Assembly: GCF_036507355.1 (NCBI RefSeq)
Contig: NZ_AP027877.1
Source: Escherichia coli
GTDB lineage: Bacteria > Pseudomonadota > Gammaproteobacteria > Enterobacterales > Enterobacteriaceae
Direction: 5' to 3' (one strand)
Length of the DNA stretch: 64,000 nt
Shown: piece after piece, positions 25,362 to 35,387 of the stretch
Position numbering within the stretch: position 1 is the first letter of the stretch
Layout of the letters: every line of letters begins with the position of its first letter
Translations under genes and position numbers: made by a program
Notes under the pieces: generated by a model
Told to the model about the DNA's origin: nothing
The model's database searches: none
The model's input: the letters and a program-made list of their open reading frames with translations, nothing else

Positions 25362-25793
25362 TTACATCCGCATGGAAACGGCCAGACGGTTAAAACAATT
25401 CATCAGCCCGATGGCAAACGTTAAGTCGCTGATTTCTGCTGCGCTGAAATGCTCAAGCAAAGGCTGATAAGCCTCGTCTTCCGCATGGGTTCTGGCAATA
25501 TCGGTCACTGATTCCGCCCATGCCAGCGCCGCTCGCTCGCGTTCATCAAAATGATGGCTTACGCGCCAGCCTGCCAGGGCGTCCAGTTTGTGTTGTGGCA
25601 CACCGGATTTGCGCAATGCTTTGCTGTGCATCTCCAGACAAAATGCGCAGCCGTTGATTTGCGAGACGCGCAAATAAATTAACTCCATCAACGTGGTATC
25701 CAGCGTGCTATTTTCCAGTGCCGTTTTGGCCTGCACCAGTGTGTTATACACTGCCGGGCTAAGTTCGTAGTAAGGCTGACGTAATGTAGTCAT
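25362..25793 (-). CDS. Carboxymuconolactone decarboxylase family (AhpD-like) protein
   Basis: 143-aa ORF with CxxCxxxH signature in SQINGCAFCLEMHS. Confidence 0.75.
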   Translation of the reverse strand: MTTLRQPYYELSPAVYNTLVQAKTALENSTLDTTLMELIYLRVSQINGCAFCLEMHSKALRKSGVPQHKLDALAGWRVSHHFDERERAALAWAESVTDIARTHAEDEAYQPLLEHFSAAEISDLTFAIGLMNCFNRLAVSMRM

Positions 25794-25880
25794 ACAGTTT
25801 CTCCTCTTATTAACGCCCGCAATGTAGCACTATAATGGACTGCTAAAGAGAGCCATAAATTACCTAAAAAAGCAGACCAT

Positions 25881-27215
25881 ATGCCACGTTATCAGGATAT
25901 CGCCCGTCAGTTAAAAACGGCTATTGAGCAAGGAGAACTGAAACCTGGCGCAAGGCTACCCTCGAGCCGTACCTGGTCGCAGGAGCTGGGTGTCTCTCGA
26001 TCCACTGTCGAAAATGCTTATGCTGAGCTGGTGGCGCAGGGATGGCTGGTCAGGCGGGGACAGGCGGGTACCTTTGTCAGTGAGCAGATACATCCGCAAC
26101 AGTCTGCTGTGGATGTCGTGGCTTTTGCTGGTGAAAGTCAGCAGCCGCTGCCTTTTCAGATGGGGCTACCTGCACTTGATCTTTTTCCGCGTGAATTGTG
26201 GGCGCGGGTGATGGGCCGCCGTCTGCGTACCCAGACGCGTTTTGATTTGGCATTAGGCGATGTCTGCGGCGAGGCGGCCTTGCGCGAGGCTATTGTTGAT
26301 TATTTACGCGTTTCACGTGGGATTGATTGTCAGCCAGAGCAGGTCTTTATCACTCACGGTTATGCGGCCTCAATGGCTTTAATTCTGCACGCTCTGGCGC
26401 AACCGGGAGACGGGATGTGGATGGAAGATCCCGGCTTTCCGCTGATTCGCCCGATTGTCACTCGCCACGGTATGGAAATTTTACCTGTGCCGGTTGATGA
26501 CAACGGACTGGATGTCACAAGCGGAATACAAAATTATCCTGATGCGCGTTTTGCCCTGATTACTCCGGCACACCAAAGCCCGCTGGGTGTGGCACTCTCT
26601 TTAGCGCGTAGGTATCAGATACTGGAATGGGCAGAGCGTAGTCAGGCATGGATTATTGAAGATGATTACGACAGTGAGTTTCGCTATCACGGTAAGCCGT
26701 TACCGGCACTAAAAAGTCTCGACGCGCCGCAGCGGGTGATTTATGCCGGAACATTCAGCAAAGCGCTATTTCCTGCATTGCGCTGTGCGTGGCTGGTGGT
26801 GCCGGTGGAGCAGATTTCGCAATTCCGGCAGCAGGCGTCACTGGAACCATGTGCTGTACCCGTACTGTGGCAGAACACACTGGCAGATTTCATCCGTGAG
26901 GGGCATTTCTGGCGGCATCTGAAGAAAATGCGCCAGCATTATGCCCAGCGACGGCAGTGGATTGAGCAGGCACTTACGCAGCAGGGATTTCAGGTTGTGC
27001 CGCAAAAAGGCGGTATCCAGATGGTGATCAAACTAGCAGGTAATGACGTGACATTCGTGCATAAAGCCAATGCTGCTGGTCTTGCCGTACAGGCACTTAG
27101 CGACTGGCGTATCCGCTCAAGCGAGGACGGAGGATTATTGCTCTCGTTTACGAATATCGTTAGCGAAAGTATGGCGCGACAGGTAGCACAGCAATTGCGC
27201 AGTGCTTTAAATTAA
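25881..27215 (+). CDS. MocR/GabR-family transcriptional regulator (GntR wHTH + PLP aminotransferase-like domain)
   Basis: 444-aa ORF; N-terminal RLPSSRTWSQELGVSRSTVENAYAELVAQGWL; C-terminal fold-type I region with GTFSKALFP (candidate PLP lysine). Confidence 0.8.
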   Translation: MPRYQDIARQLKTAIEQGELKPGARLPSSRTWSQELGVSRSTVENAYAELVAQGWLVRRGQAGTFVSEQIHPQQSAVDVVAFAGESQQPLPFQMGLPALDLFPRELWARVMGRRLRTQTRFDLALGDVCGEAALREAIVDYLRVSRGIDCQPEQVFITHGYAASMALILHALAQPGDGMWMEDPGFPLIRPIVTRHGMEILPVPVDDNGLDVTSGIQNYPDARFALITPAHQSPLGVALSLARRYQILEWAERSQAWIIEDDYDSEFRYHGKPLPALKSLDAPQRVIYAGTFSKALFPALRCAWLVVPVEQISQFRQQASLEPCAVPVLWQNTLADFIREGHFWRHLKKMRQHYAQRRQWIEQALTQQGFQVVPQKGGIQMVIKLAGNDVTFVHKANAAGLAVQALSDWRIRSSEDGGLLLSFTNIVSESMARQVAQQLRSALN

Positions 27216-27364
27216 TAACCCCGAAGCCAGGCTTCGGGGTCCTATAAGACTGGTGACCAGGGCAAAATCCCCTGATGCGCTATGTTTTTCAGGCCTGTAG
27301 GCGGACAAGGCGTTGACGCACTGAGTACTTTTCAGAAGTCAGGCTACTGCTTGTCATCGTCTCA

Positions 27365-27706
27365 CTACGATTTACGCATGCTCAACAACGCACCGATAAA
27401 AATACCTACCGCAGCAGCAGTTCCCACGCTACACCAGGGTCTTTCACGAACAAAAGAATCCGCGCAGCCAACGGCATCGCGTGCGGCTTGCTGGACGCGA
27501 GTACGACCATGCATTCGCGCCCTGGTTTCTTTCAGCAATGCCTGAGCTTTACTGCGTGCGGCTTCAGCTTCCCCTTTGGCGTCGCTGCCCCAGGACTTCA
27601 ATACAGATTCGAGGCTGTCAGCTAATTGATTGACATCATTCTGGATATCCTGCACGCCATCATCAACGTCGTTGCGGTTCGGTCGGTTAAACATATGATC
27701 CCCCAT
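27365..27706 (-). CDS. ygaM: ElaB/YqjD/DUF883-family membrane-anchored protein YgaM
   Basis: ORF ...MFNRPNRNDVDDGVQDIQNDVNQLADSLESVLKSW... with C-terminal TM anchor; true start may be the internal MFNRP (27694). Confidence 0.85.
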   Translation of the reverse strand: MGDHMFNRPNRNDVDDGVQDIQNDVNQLADSLESVLKSWGSDAKGEAEAARSKAQALLKETRARMHGRTRVQQAARDAVGCADSFVRERPWCSVGTAAAVGIFIGALLSMRKS

Positions 27707-27845
27707 TAGAATTCGATGTAATTTTCAGTGTAGACCATAATTTTCTTAACTGAGGTTCATCGCGGCTTTATGGACTTTTCTGAAAGCGTTGTGAATGCGC
27801 AATCAGGTAAGGTAGGCCCGCGGTTGATAATAACGAGGATCAAAT

Positions 27846-28190
27846 ATGTATTTACGACCAGACGAGGTGGCGCGCGTACTTGAAAAAGTCGGTTTTACTG
27901 TCGATGTGGTAACCCAGAAAGCGTATGGTTACCGCCGTGGGGAAAATTATGTCTATGTTAATCGCGAAGCGCGAATGGGACGTACCGCACTGGTAATTCA
28001 TCCAACATTAAAAGAACGTAGTTCGACACTGGCTGAACCCGCTTCCGATATTAAAACTTGCGATCATTATCAACAATTTCCGCTCTATTTAGCAGGCGAG
28101 CGACACGAGCATTACGGTATCCCGCATGGCTTTAGTTCGCGTGTTGCGCTTGAACGTTATTTGAATGGTTTATTTGGCGAAGCCAGTTAA
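27846..28190 (+). CDS. ygaC: DUF2002 protein YgaC
   Basis: 114-aa [48 protein letters not shown]... Confidence 0.85.
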
Positions 28191-28226
28191 AGACGCGACT
28201 GGCGATGCCAGTCGCGAAAAGAAGAG

Positions 28227-28676
28227 TCAGGCTTTTACCTGCTGGTAACGGCTGACTTTAAACAGTCGGCGGCAATAATCGAGGAAGTAGCCATAAACCG
28301 CCCCCATCAACATCGAAACAACGATGTTTGAACTGACCGCCGCCATAATCTGATGCCAGTCTGCGCCCACCACTAACAAGATCGCCACATACACCGGTGA
28401 CTGGAACGTCACATAAGCCAGGATATCCGCCAGATTTTTTATCCAGCCCGACGGGCTAACTTTGCGTGCCGCGCGCATAAACAGATCGCGGTACATACCG
28501 TATGGCCATGCAATTAAGATGTTCACCGGAATCGCTACCAATCTGGAATAAAAAGACTGTTCGAAGCTCATTCCGGAGAGGAAAACTTCAATACACATGT
28601 TCACGACAGAACAGTAAACAACCATCGCGAACGTATCTGCAACTGCATGACGCAAGCGTGACTGCGGTGAGAACAT
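28227..28676 (-). CDS. alaE: L-alanine exporter AlaE
   Basis: 149-aa membrane [38 protein letters not shown]... Confidence 0.88.
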   Translation of the reverse strand: MFSPQSRLRHAVADTFAMVVYCSVVNMCIEVFLSGMSFEQSFYSRLVAIPVNILIAWPYGMYRDLFMRAARKVSPSGWIKNLADILAYVTFQSPVYVAILLVVGADWHQIMAAVSSNIVVSMLMGAVYGYFLDYCRRLFKVSRYQQVKA

Positions 28677-29343
28677 GCTAATGCTCCTTAATAAAAGCGT
28701 AATGGGATGTTAATGGAGATGAAAGCAGTGGATCTCATTGCCATCTGCATTTTCGCATAGCGTATATCGCTGGCTATGACTAATCAATTAGTGAAAAATT
28801 TTTATTTAGTCAGTTTTTGTAGATAAAATATTCCGTAACGGCTCGTTTTTTGTACATTGTGGATTTTTACATGCCGATATGATTTATTTTCAATTAAATC
28901 AATTAGATACGGCCTTTCCTTTAATTTCACTAATGAAAGTTTGGGGGTGAGGTAACGCTATAAGCGTAGAGAATTCGGTGTATGTCGTGACCGGGTCATT
29001 TACAGCATTTTTTATGCCAGAAAATGTACATTAACAGCAGAAAGCACCAGTGAGGGGTGTTTTATTTTATTCTGTTATATTGCATTTTTATTCACTTCAG
29101 TTTTGTCAGGCTTGCGGAATTAGCGAGCAGAGAGCGCCGCTCTGTTCACCAATAACCTAAATTACTCATCAAAATGGCTAATATATAATCTTGAAATTAT
29201 TCTGAGAGTTTCAGAAAATAACAGCTGAAATAATCTCGCGCAGGACTGTAAATAGATTAAATTTTGTGGAAATATAATAAGTGATCGCTTACACTACGCG
29301 ACGAAATACTTTTTTGTTTTGGCGTTAAAAGGTTTTCTTTATT

Positions 29344-29748
29344 ATGTCCGTAATGTTACAAAGTTTAAATAACATTCGCACCCTCCGTGCGATGGCTCGC
29401 GAATTCTCCATTGACGTTCTTGAAGAAATGCTCGAAAAATTCAGGGTTGTCACTAAAGAAAGACGTGAAGAAGAAGAACAGCAGCAGCGTGAACTGGCTG
29501 AGCGTCAGGAAAAAATTAGCACCTGGCTGGAGCTGATGAAAGCTGACGGAATTAACCCGGAAGAGTTATTGGGTAATAGCTCTGCTGCTGCACCACGCGC
29601 TGGTAAAAAACGCCAGCCGCGTCCGGCGAAATATAAATTCACCGATGTTAACGGTGAAACTAAAACCTGGACCGGTCAGGGCCGTACACCGAAGCCAATC
29701 GCTCAGGCGCTGGCAGAAGGTAAATCTCTCGACGATTTCCTGATCTAA
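29344..29748 (+). CDS. stpA: H-NS paralogue StpA
   Basis: 134-aa [39 protein letters not shown]...; long AT-rich upstream region. Confidence 0.95.
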   Translation: MSVMLQSLNNIRTLRAMAREFSIDVLEEMLEKFRVVTKERREEEEQQQRELAERQEKISTWLELMKADGINPEELLGNSSAAAPRAGKKRQPRPAKYKFTDVNGETKTWTGQGRTPKPIAQALAEGKSLDDFLI

Positions 29749-29800
29749 TTACTGAGGCCGGATGTCGCTGCCAGGGCGCGTCCGGCGTCGCTTCTCAAGC

Positions 29801-30319
29801 TCATTGGTTCCACGGCATCTTATCTAACAACCTTGCCATCCCACAAAAACCGCTAATTCCTGCAAACAGTAACCCGGCACCAACAAAGCCGCTTAATAAG
29901 AAGAAACCGCTATTTATGGTATAACCCAGTATAACGCCGATTAATATTAAACCACCCGCAGCGATCTGCACCTGGCGCATTAACGGCAAGGGTTGAGATT
30001 TATTTACCGCTACTGGCAATCCTGCTTTTTTCCAGCCATCAATCCCATCTTCGAGTAAAAAGATTTCTGCGGGGGCGGCAATCGCTGCTAATTTATCGGC
30101 ATTATTACTGGTGCGTTTACCTGCCTGGCAGTGGAATATAATTTGCTCGTGACGTAATTTAGCTGGAAGACCTGACTGTTCCAGCACGGATAATGGAGCC
30201 AGATCTGCTTCAGGAATATGTTCACGAAGATATTCATCAGCATCACGAATATCGATTAACTTTGCGCCGCGTGCGATTAATTCTTGTGCATCATGCGGCG
30301 AAATGGTTGTCAAAGCCAT
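29801..30319 (-). CDS. ygaP: Rhodanese-domain inner membrane protein YgaP
   Basis: 172-aa ORF with rhodanese active-site CQAGKR and C-terminal TM helices. Confidence 0.88.
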   Translation of the reverse strand: MALTTISPHDAQELIARGAKLIDIRDADEYLREHIPEADLAPLSVLEQSGLPAKLRHEQIIFHCQAGKRTSNNADKLAAIAAPAEIFLLEDGIDGWKKAGLPVAVNKSQPLPLMRQVQIAAGGLILIGVILGYTINSGFFLLSGFVGAGLLFAGISGFCGMARLLDKMPWNQ

Positions 30320-30328
30320 AGTGACTCC

Positions 30329-30628
30329 TTACGGACAATAGACATTTTTCAGGGTGGCGATAATGGCATTTACCGCCTCATTTTTAATGGAATATAGAAT
30401 GCGTTGGGCATCCCGTTGGCTGTCGATAAGCCCTTCGTCCCGCATACGAGCGAGATGCTGTGATGTCGCAGAGGCACTCAGTCCGGTAATGCGCGTCAGC
30501 TCTCCCGCGCTGGTGCCGGGGGAACCGCTAAGCATGCACAGAATCAGCAACCGTTTAGGGTGGCTCATTGCTTTCAATAAGGCCGCTGCCTGTTCGGCAC
30601 TGGCCTGTAATTGCGCGAGTTCAGTCAT
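30329..30628 (-). CDS. ygaV: ArsR-family transcriptional regulator YgaV
   Basis: 99-aa ORF with wHTH; immediately upstream of ygaP. Confidence 0.88.
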   Translation of the reverse strand: MTELAQLQASAEQAAALLKAMSHPKRLLILCMLSGSPGTSAGELTRITGLSASATSQHLARMRDEGLIDSQRDAQRILYSIKNEAVNAIIATLKNVYCP

Positions 30629-30810
30629 ATTTATTTAAGTATTTTCTAAATTAAGTAAACTCTAAACTAAAAATGCAACATATACCAGCATCAGCAGCGT
30701 AAATGAGAGTAAAAGCGTAAGCTGAAACTGGCAGCCTCCGCTAAAATTACTACGCTTAAGAGATAAAATCTCTTTTTAAACAATGAGTAATTTTCTTATA
30801 GGGAGTACAT

Positions 30811-30969
30811 ATGGGTTTCTGGAGAATCGTCATCACCATCATTCTGCCGCCGCTCGGCGTGCTGCTCGGTAAAGGGTTCGGTTGGGCGTTCATTATTAAT
30901 ATTCTGTTGACACTGCTTGGGTATATCCCCGGTTTGATTCACGCGTTCTGGGTGCAAACCCGCGATTAA
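30811..30969 (+). CDS. yqaE: UPF0057/Pmp3-family small membrane protein YqaE
   Basis: 52-codon ORF MGFWRIVITIILPPLGVLLGKGFGWAFIINILLTLLGYIPGLIHAFWVQTRD preceded by gggagtacat RBS; absent from the >=60-aa ORF track. Confidence 0.85.
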   Translation: MGFWRIVITIILPPLGVLLGKGFGWAFIINILLTLLGYIPGLIHAFWVQTRD

Positions 30970-31052
30970 ACCTGTGCTCATCCCCGCGGCGTTAACGCGC
31001 CGCGTTCCTCTGCTACACTTTCTGAGTGTTTCCGTTAACGAATGAGGTAGCT

Positions 31053-31502
31053 ATGGGTCTGTTCAATTTTGTGAAAGATGCCGGAGAAAAACTCTGGGAC
31101 GCGGTTACAGGTCAGCACGATAAAGACGATCAGGCGAAGAAGGTGCAGGAGCATCTGAACAAAACCGGTATACCTGATGCCGATAAAGTGAATATTCAAA
31201 TTGCCGACGGCAAAGCGACGGTCACTGGTGACGGTCTTAGTCAGGAGGCGAAAGAGAAAATCCTTGTTGCGGTGGGGAATATTTCCGGCATTGCCAGTGT
31301 TGATGATCAGGTGAAAACGGCGACACCAGCCACTGCCAGCCAGTTTTATACCGTTAAGTCTGGCGACACTCTGAGTGCCATTTCCAAACAGGTCTACGGT
31401 AACGCTAATCTGTACAATAAAATCTTCGAAGCGAATAAACCGATGCTAAAAAGCCCGGATAAAATTTATCCGGGGCAAGTGTTGCGTATTCCGGAAGAGT
31501 AG
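31053..31502 (+). CDS. kbp: BON/LysM-domain potassium-binding protein Kbp (YgaU)
   Basis: ORF ...[20 protein letters not shown]... with C-terminal LysM ([31 protein letters not shown]). Confidence 0.9.
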
Positions 31503-32165
31503 TTAATTGCCAGCCATCGCCTGCTGGATAATGGGAATTGGCGTCAGTAAATGCTGGCGCATTAACTCACTGGCGCGCGCGGTATCTCGCGCCAGTACCG
31601 CCGCAGTCAGGGTCTGGTGCTGATCGTGTTTATCCTCCAGCATTTCCACCGAAAGCACCGTTCGCCGCAGCCAGATAAATCGATAACGCGCCGCCAGATC
31701 AAACAACCGTTCACGCATTTGCAGCAAATAGTGAGAACCACAGCCCGCCACAATTGCAGTATGAAACGCCTGATGACGCAGATCCCACTCATCAAGCATT
31801 TTCTCGCTGGCGTCACAGGCCTCAAGCTTACTCAGCAGATGCGCTTTTGCGAGAACGTCTGCCTCCCACTCATTGCCACCGCGGGCAATCGCCAGACTCA
31901 CTAACATCGCTTCCATATTGGCGCGGGCGTCGAAAATATCGAGCAGCTCCTGCTCTGACATAGACGCCACCCGATACCCTTTTTGATTCACCACCGTGAC
32001 CAGCCGTTCCGCCACCAGTTGAGAAAGTGCTTCCCGCAACGGCCCAACGCCAAGTGCATAACGCGATGTCAGCAAACTCATCCGTAATTTTTCATCCGGT
32101 TGAAAATTACCGCGAATAATATCGTTCTTCAGCCAGCGATAGCCATCCAGAGACGTAATGGTCAT
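31503..32165 (-). CDS. csiR: GntR-family regulator CsiR
   Basis: ORF ...MTITSLDGYRWLKNDIIRGNFQPDEKLRMSLLTSRY...; downstream of gabP. Confidence 0.9.
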   Translation of the reverse strand: MTITSLDGYRWLKNDIIRGNFQPDEKLRMSLLTSRYALGVGPLREALSQLVAERLVTVVNQKGYRVASMSEQELLDIFDARANMEAMLVSLAIARGGNEWEADVLAKAHLLSKLEACDASEKMLDEWDLRHQAFHTAIVAGCGSHYLLQMRERLFDLAARYRFIWLRRTVLSVEMLEDKHDQHQTLTAAVLARDTARASELMRQHLLTPIPIIQQAMAGN

Positions 32166-32185
32166 GGTGTGACTCCTGATCATTA

Positions 32186-33586
32186 TCAGCGCGTATTATG
32201 AACGGGTGTTTTTTGCCACAATACCAGCTTTTTCCAGCGAGCCATAATTGGCACGGTACAGATAATCCCTATCGCTAATAAGCCAGTGGAGATCACTTCT
32301 AACTGTTGCGCCGGGCGGAATAGCATCACTACCAACACAAAGGTAATAAAGCCGATGACCAGCCAGGTGAGCCACGGGTAAAGCCACATCCGCAGGCGAA
32401 TTTCGCTTCCTTCTGCTCGCAGAATTTTACGCATCCGCAACTGTGAAACGGCGATGACTAAATAAACCAGCAGGGCGATAGCACCGGAGCTGTCTATCAG
32501 GAATTTAAACACTTTCGCAGGTGCGTAATAGTTCACCACCACCGTTAAAAATGCCGCTCCGGTGGAGAGTAACACCGCCACATACGGGGTTTTACTGCGG
32601 TTGATTTTGCCCATTACCGCGGGCGCATCACCGCGACGGCTTAAGGAGTAGAGCATCCTTGACGCGGTATACAGCGCCGAGTTCAGACAGCTGGTTACGG
32701 AAAGTAATATCACGCAGTCCATGATTAATTTCGCATGGGGAATATTGAGCAATTCCAGAACCGAGCGATAAGAACCAACGGCTTTCAGCCCCGGCATATT
32801 CCACGGTATTAACGCCACTACGACAAAAATAGAGCACAAATAGAAGATAGAAATACGCCAGATAACCGAGTTGGTAGCGCGGACAATATGTTTTTCCGGC
32901 GTGTCGGATTCCGCGGCGGCAATGGTGACAATTTCTGCGCCCATAAACGAGAACATGGTGATCAACATCGCGCTTAATACCGCACCGAAGCCGTTGGGCA
33001 TAAAGCCGCCGCTATCCCACAATCTTGAGATCCCGCTCACGTCGGCATACGGGTAAAAACCGCTAATTGCGACTGCACCAAGGAAAATAAAGGCCAGGAT
33101 AGCGATGACTTTGCACAGCGCCAGCCAGAACTCAAATTCGCCGTAGTTTTTAACGCTTAATAAATTACTGCCAGTTAAGGCAAGGGTAATGACGAGGGAA
33201 AATAACCAGATGGGAATGCCTGGAACCCACGAGTGCAGGATCATGGCGGCGATGTTGGCTTCCAGCGGGATAACCAGTACCCAAAACCACCAGTACAACC
33301 AGCCGATGGTATAGCCCGCCCAGCGACCAATGGCTTTATCGGCATAGGTGGAAAACGAACCGGTATCGGGCGTGGCAACCGCCATTTCCGCCAACATCCG
33401 CATAATCATAACCACCAGTAGCCCGGCGAACAGATAGGCCAGTAATACCGCCGGGCCCGCTTCGGCGATGGCGACGCTGGAACCGACAAACAGACTTGCG
33501 CCGATAACACCGGCAATAGACAACATGGTGACATGGCGTGACTTCAGCCCGCCGCCTAACTCATGTGGTTGCGATGATTGCCCCAT
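32186..33586 (-). CDS. gabP: GABA permease GabP
   Basis: APC-family ORF; start placed at MGQSSQPHELGGGLKSRHVTM. Confidence 0.93.
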   Translation of the reverse strand: MGQSSQPHELGGGLKSRHVTMLSIAGVIGASLFVGSSVAIAEAGPAVLLAYLFAGLLVVMIMRMLAEMAVATPDTGSFSTYADKAIGRWAGYTIGWLYWWFWVLVIPLEANIAAMILHSWVPGIPIWLFSLVITLALTGSNLLSVKNYGEFEFWLALCKVIAILAFIFLGAVAISGFYPYADVSGISRLWDSGGFMPNGFGAVLSAMLITMFSFMGAEIVTIAAAESDTPEKHIVRATNSVIWRISIFYLCSIFVVVALIPWNMPGLKAVGSYRSVLELLNIPHAKLIMDCVILLSVTSCLNSALYTASRMLYSLSRRGDAPAVMGKINRSKTPYVAVLLSTGAAFLTVVVNYYAPAKVFKFLIDSSGAIALLVYLVIAVSQLRMRKILRAEGSEIRLRMWLYPWLTWLVIGFITFVLVVMLFRPAQQLEVISTGLLAIGIICTVPIMARWKKLVLWQKTPVHNTR

Positions 33587-33734
33587 CCTGAATCCTCTCG
33601 AAAGTGTGTCACTTGGGAGAGCGCCCCGACATTTCCCGCGTCGGGTCACGCGTTTAATTGTTATTGATTCTTTTTGCCGGAGAGCGGCTCCGCCTTACCC
33701 GGCCAACATAGATTTATTCCTGTTCACGTACAGA

Positions 33735-34087
33735 TTGTCGGATGCGGCGTAGACGCCTTATCCGACCTGGATCCCCGTAGGCCGGACAAGACGCAAAGCG
33801 TCGCCTCCGGCATGGGTGCGCCGATTGTCGGATGCGGCGCAAACGCCTTATCCGACCTACATTTCCGTAGGCCGGACAAGACGCGTAAGCGTCGCCTCCG
33901 GCATGGTGCGCCGAATGTCGGATGCGGCGTAAACGCCTTATCCGACCTACACTCTCGTAGGCCGGACAAGACGCGTAAGCGTCGCCTCCGGCATGGTGCG
34001 CCGAATGTCGGATGCGGCGTTAACGCCTTATCCGACCTACACTCTCGTAGGCCGGACAAGACGCGCAGCGTCGCCTCCGGCATGGGG
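33735..34087. repeat. BIME/REP array (about 4 tandem units of ~85-90 bp)
   Basis: Repeated tgtcggatgcggcg...acgccttatccgacct...gtaggccggacaagacgcg...gcgtcgcctccggcatgg units between gabT and gabP. Confidence 0.85.
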
Positions 34088-34093
34088 GCGGTG

Positions 34094-35374
34094 CTACTGC
34101 TTCGCCTCAGCAAAACACTGGCCGATGATCTCCAGCCCCTGACGAATCTGAGCGTCTTCAATGGTGAGCGGTACAAGGATGCGCAGCACGTTGTAATACG
34201 GGCCGCAGGAGAGAAGAATCAGGCCTTTATCGCGGGCGCGAGCCACGATCTCGGCGGTGAGTTTGGCGTCCGGCTTGTTGTGATCGCCGTCTTCAAACAG
34301 CTCGATGGCGATCATCGCCCCCAGCCCGCGTACGTCGCCGATCTCGGTGTGTTTTTCGGCGATCGCCAACAATCCATCTTTCAACTTCTGCCCCAGATCG
34401 TTGGCTTTCTGCAGCAGATTTTCCTGCTCGAACACCTTCAACACTTCCAGCGCCGCCACGCAGGCAATCGGATTACCGGCATAGGTGCCGCCCAGCCCGC
34501 CTGGAGCGACGGCATCCATCACTTCGGCGCGCCCGGTGACGCCCGCCAGCGGGAAGCCGCCCGCGATCGATTTCGCAAAGGTGGTAAGATCCGGCGCAAC
34601 GCCCATTTGCTCCATCGCAAACAGCGTGCCGGTACGCCCCGCGCCGCTCTGCACTTCATCGGCAATCAGCATGATCCCGTGCTCATCACACAGCGCGCGT
34701 AAACGCTGCATAAAAGCTGGCGTAGCGGCGTAGAAACCGCCTTCGCCCTGAACCGGCTCAATCACGATGGCGGCAATATCTTCCGGCGCGGCGTCATTTT
34801 TGAAGATCCGGTGGATGCTGGCGATAGCGTCATCTTCACTGATGCCGTGCAGTGGGCAAGGATAAAGCGCGCGATAAACGTGCCCTGGCATCAGGCCCAT
34901 GCCCGCAGAGTACGGATTCACCTTGCCGGTCAGCGCCAGCGTGTAATGCGTGCGCCCGTGATACGCGCCGCTAAAGGCGATGGTGCCGCTACGTTTGGTG
35001 GCAGCGCGGGCGATCTTCACCGCGTTTTCCACCGCTTCTGAACCGGTCGTAACCAGCAGCGTTTTCTTGGCAAAATCGCCCGGCACCTTCTGATTCATAA
35101 TCTCGCACAGCTCCAGATACGGCTCGTAAGCCAGCACCTGGAAGCAGGTGTGCGACAGTTTTTTCAACTGCGCTTCCACAGCCGCAACCACTTTCGGATG
35201 CAGGTGCCCGGTATTGAGCACCGCAATGCCGCCCGCGAAATCAAGATACTCACGGCCTTCAACGTCCCACACCCGGCAGTTTTCCGCGCGATCAGCGAAA
35301 ATGGGGTGAATTTGCCCAACGCCACGAGGAACTGCCTGACTGCGGCGCTGCATTAACTCTTTATTGCTGCTCAT
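34094..35374 (-). CDS. gabT: 4-aminobutyrate aminotransferase GabT
   Basis: 426-aa class III aminotransferase ORF MSSNKELMQRRSQAVPRGVGQIHPIFADRAEN... Confidence 0.95.
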   Translation of the reverse strand: MSSNKELMQRRSQAVPRGVGQIHPIFADRAENCRVWDVEGREYLDFAGGIAVLNTGHLHPKVVAAVEAQLKKLSHTCFQVLAYEPYLELCEIMNQKVPGDFAKKTLLVTTGSEAVENAVKIARAATKRSGTIAFSGAYHGRTHYTLALTGKVNPYSAGMGLMPGHVYRALYPCPLHGISEDDAIASIHRIFKNDAAPEDIAAIVIEPVQGEGGFYAATPAFMQRLRALCDEHGIMLIADEVQSGAGRTGTLFAMEQMGVAPDLTTFAKSIAGGFPLAGVTGRAEVMDAVAPGGLGGTYAGNPIACVAALEVLKVFEQENLLQKANDLGQKLKDGLLAIAEKHTEIGDVRGLGAMIAIELFEDGDHNKPDAKLTAEIVARARDKGLILLSCGPYYNVLRILVPLTIEDAQIRQGLEIIGQCFAEAKQ

Positions 35375-35387
35375 TCGCGTTCTCCAG

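Noticed and set aside
30796-30981. 61-aa minus-strand ORF
   Set aside because: Overlaps antisense the 52-codon yqaE gene, which has a clear RBS and a Pmp3-family membrane-protein translation.
33674-34702. 342-aa plus-strand ORF
   Set aside because: Starts inside the BIME array (its repetitive RRPDKT... translation mirrors the repeat units) and continues antisense to gabT.
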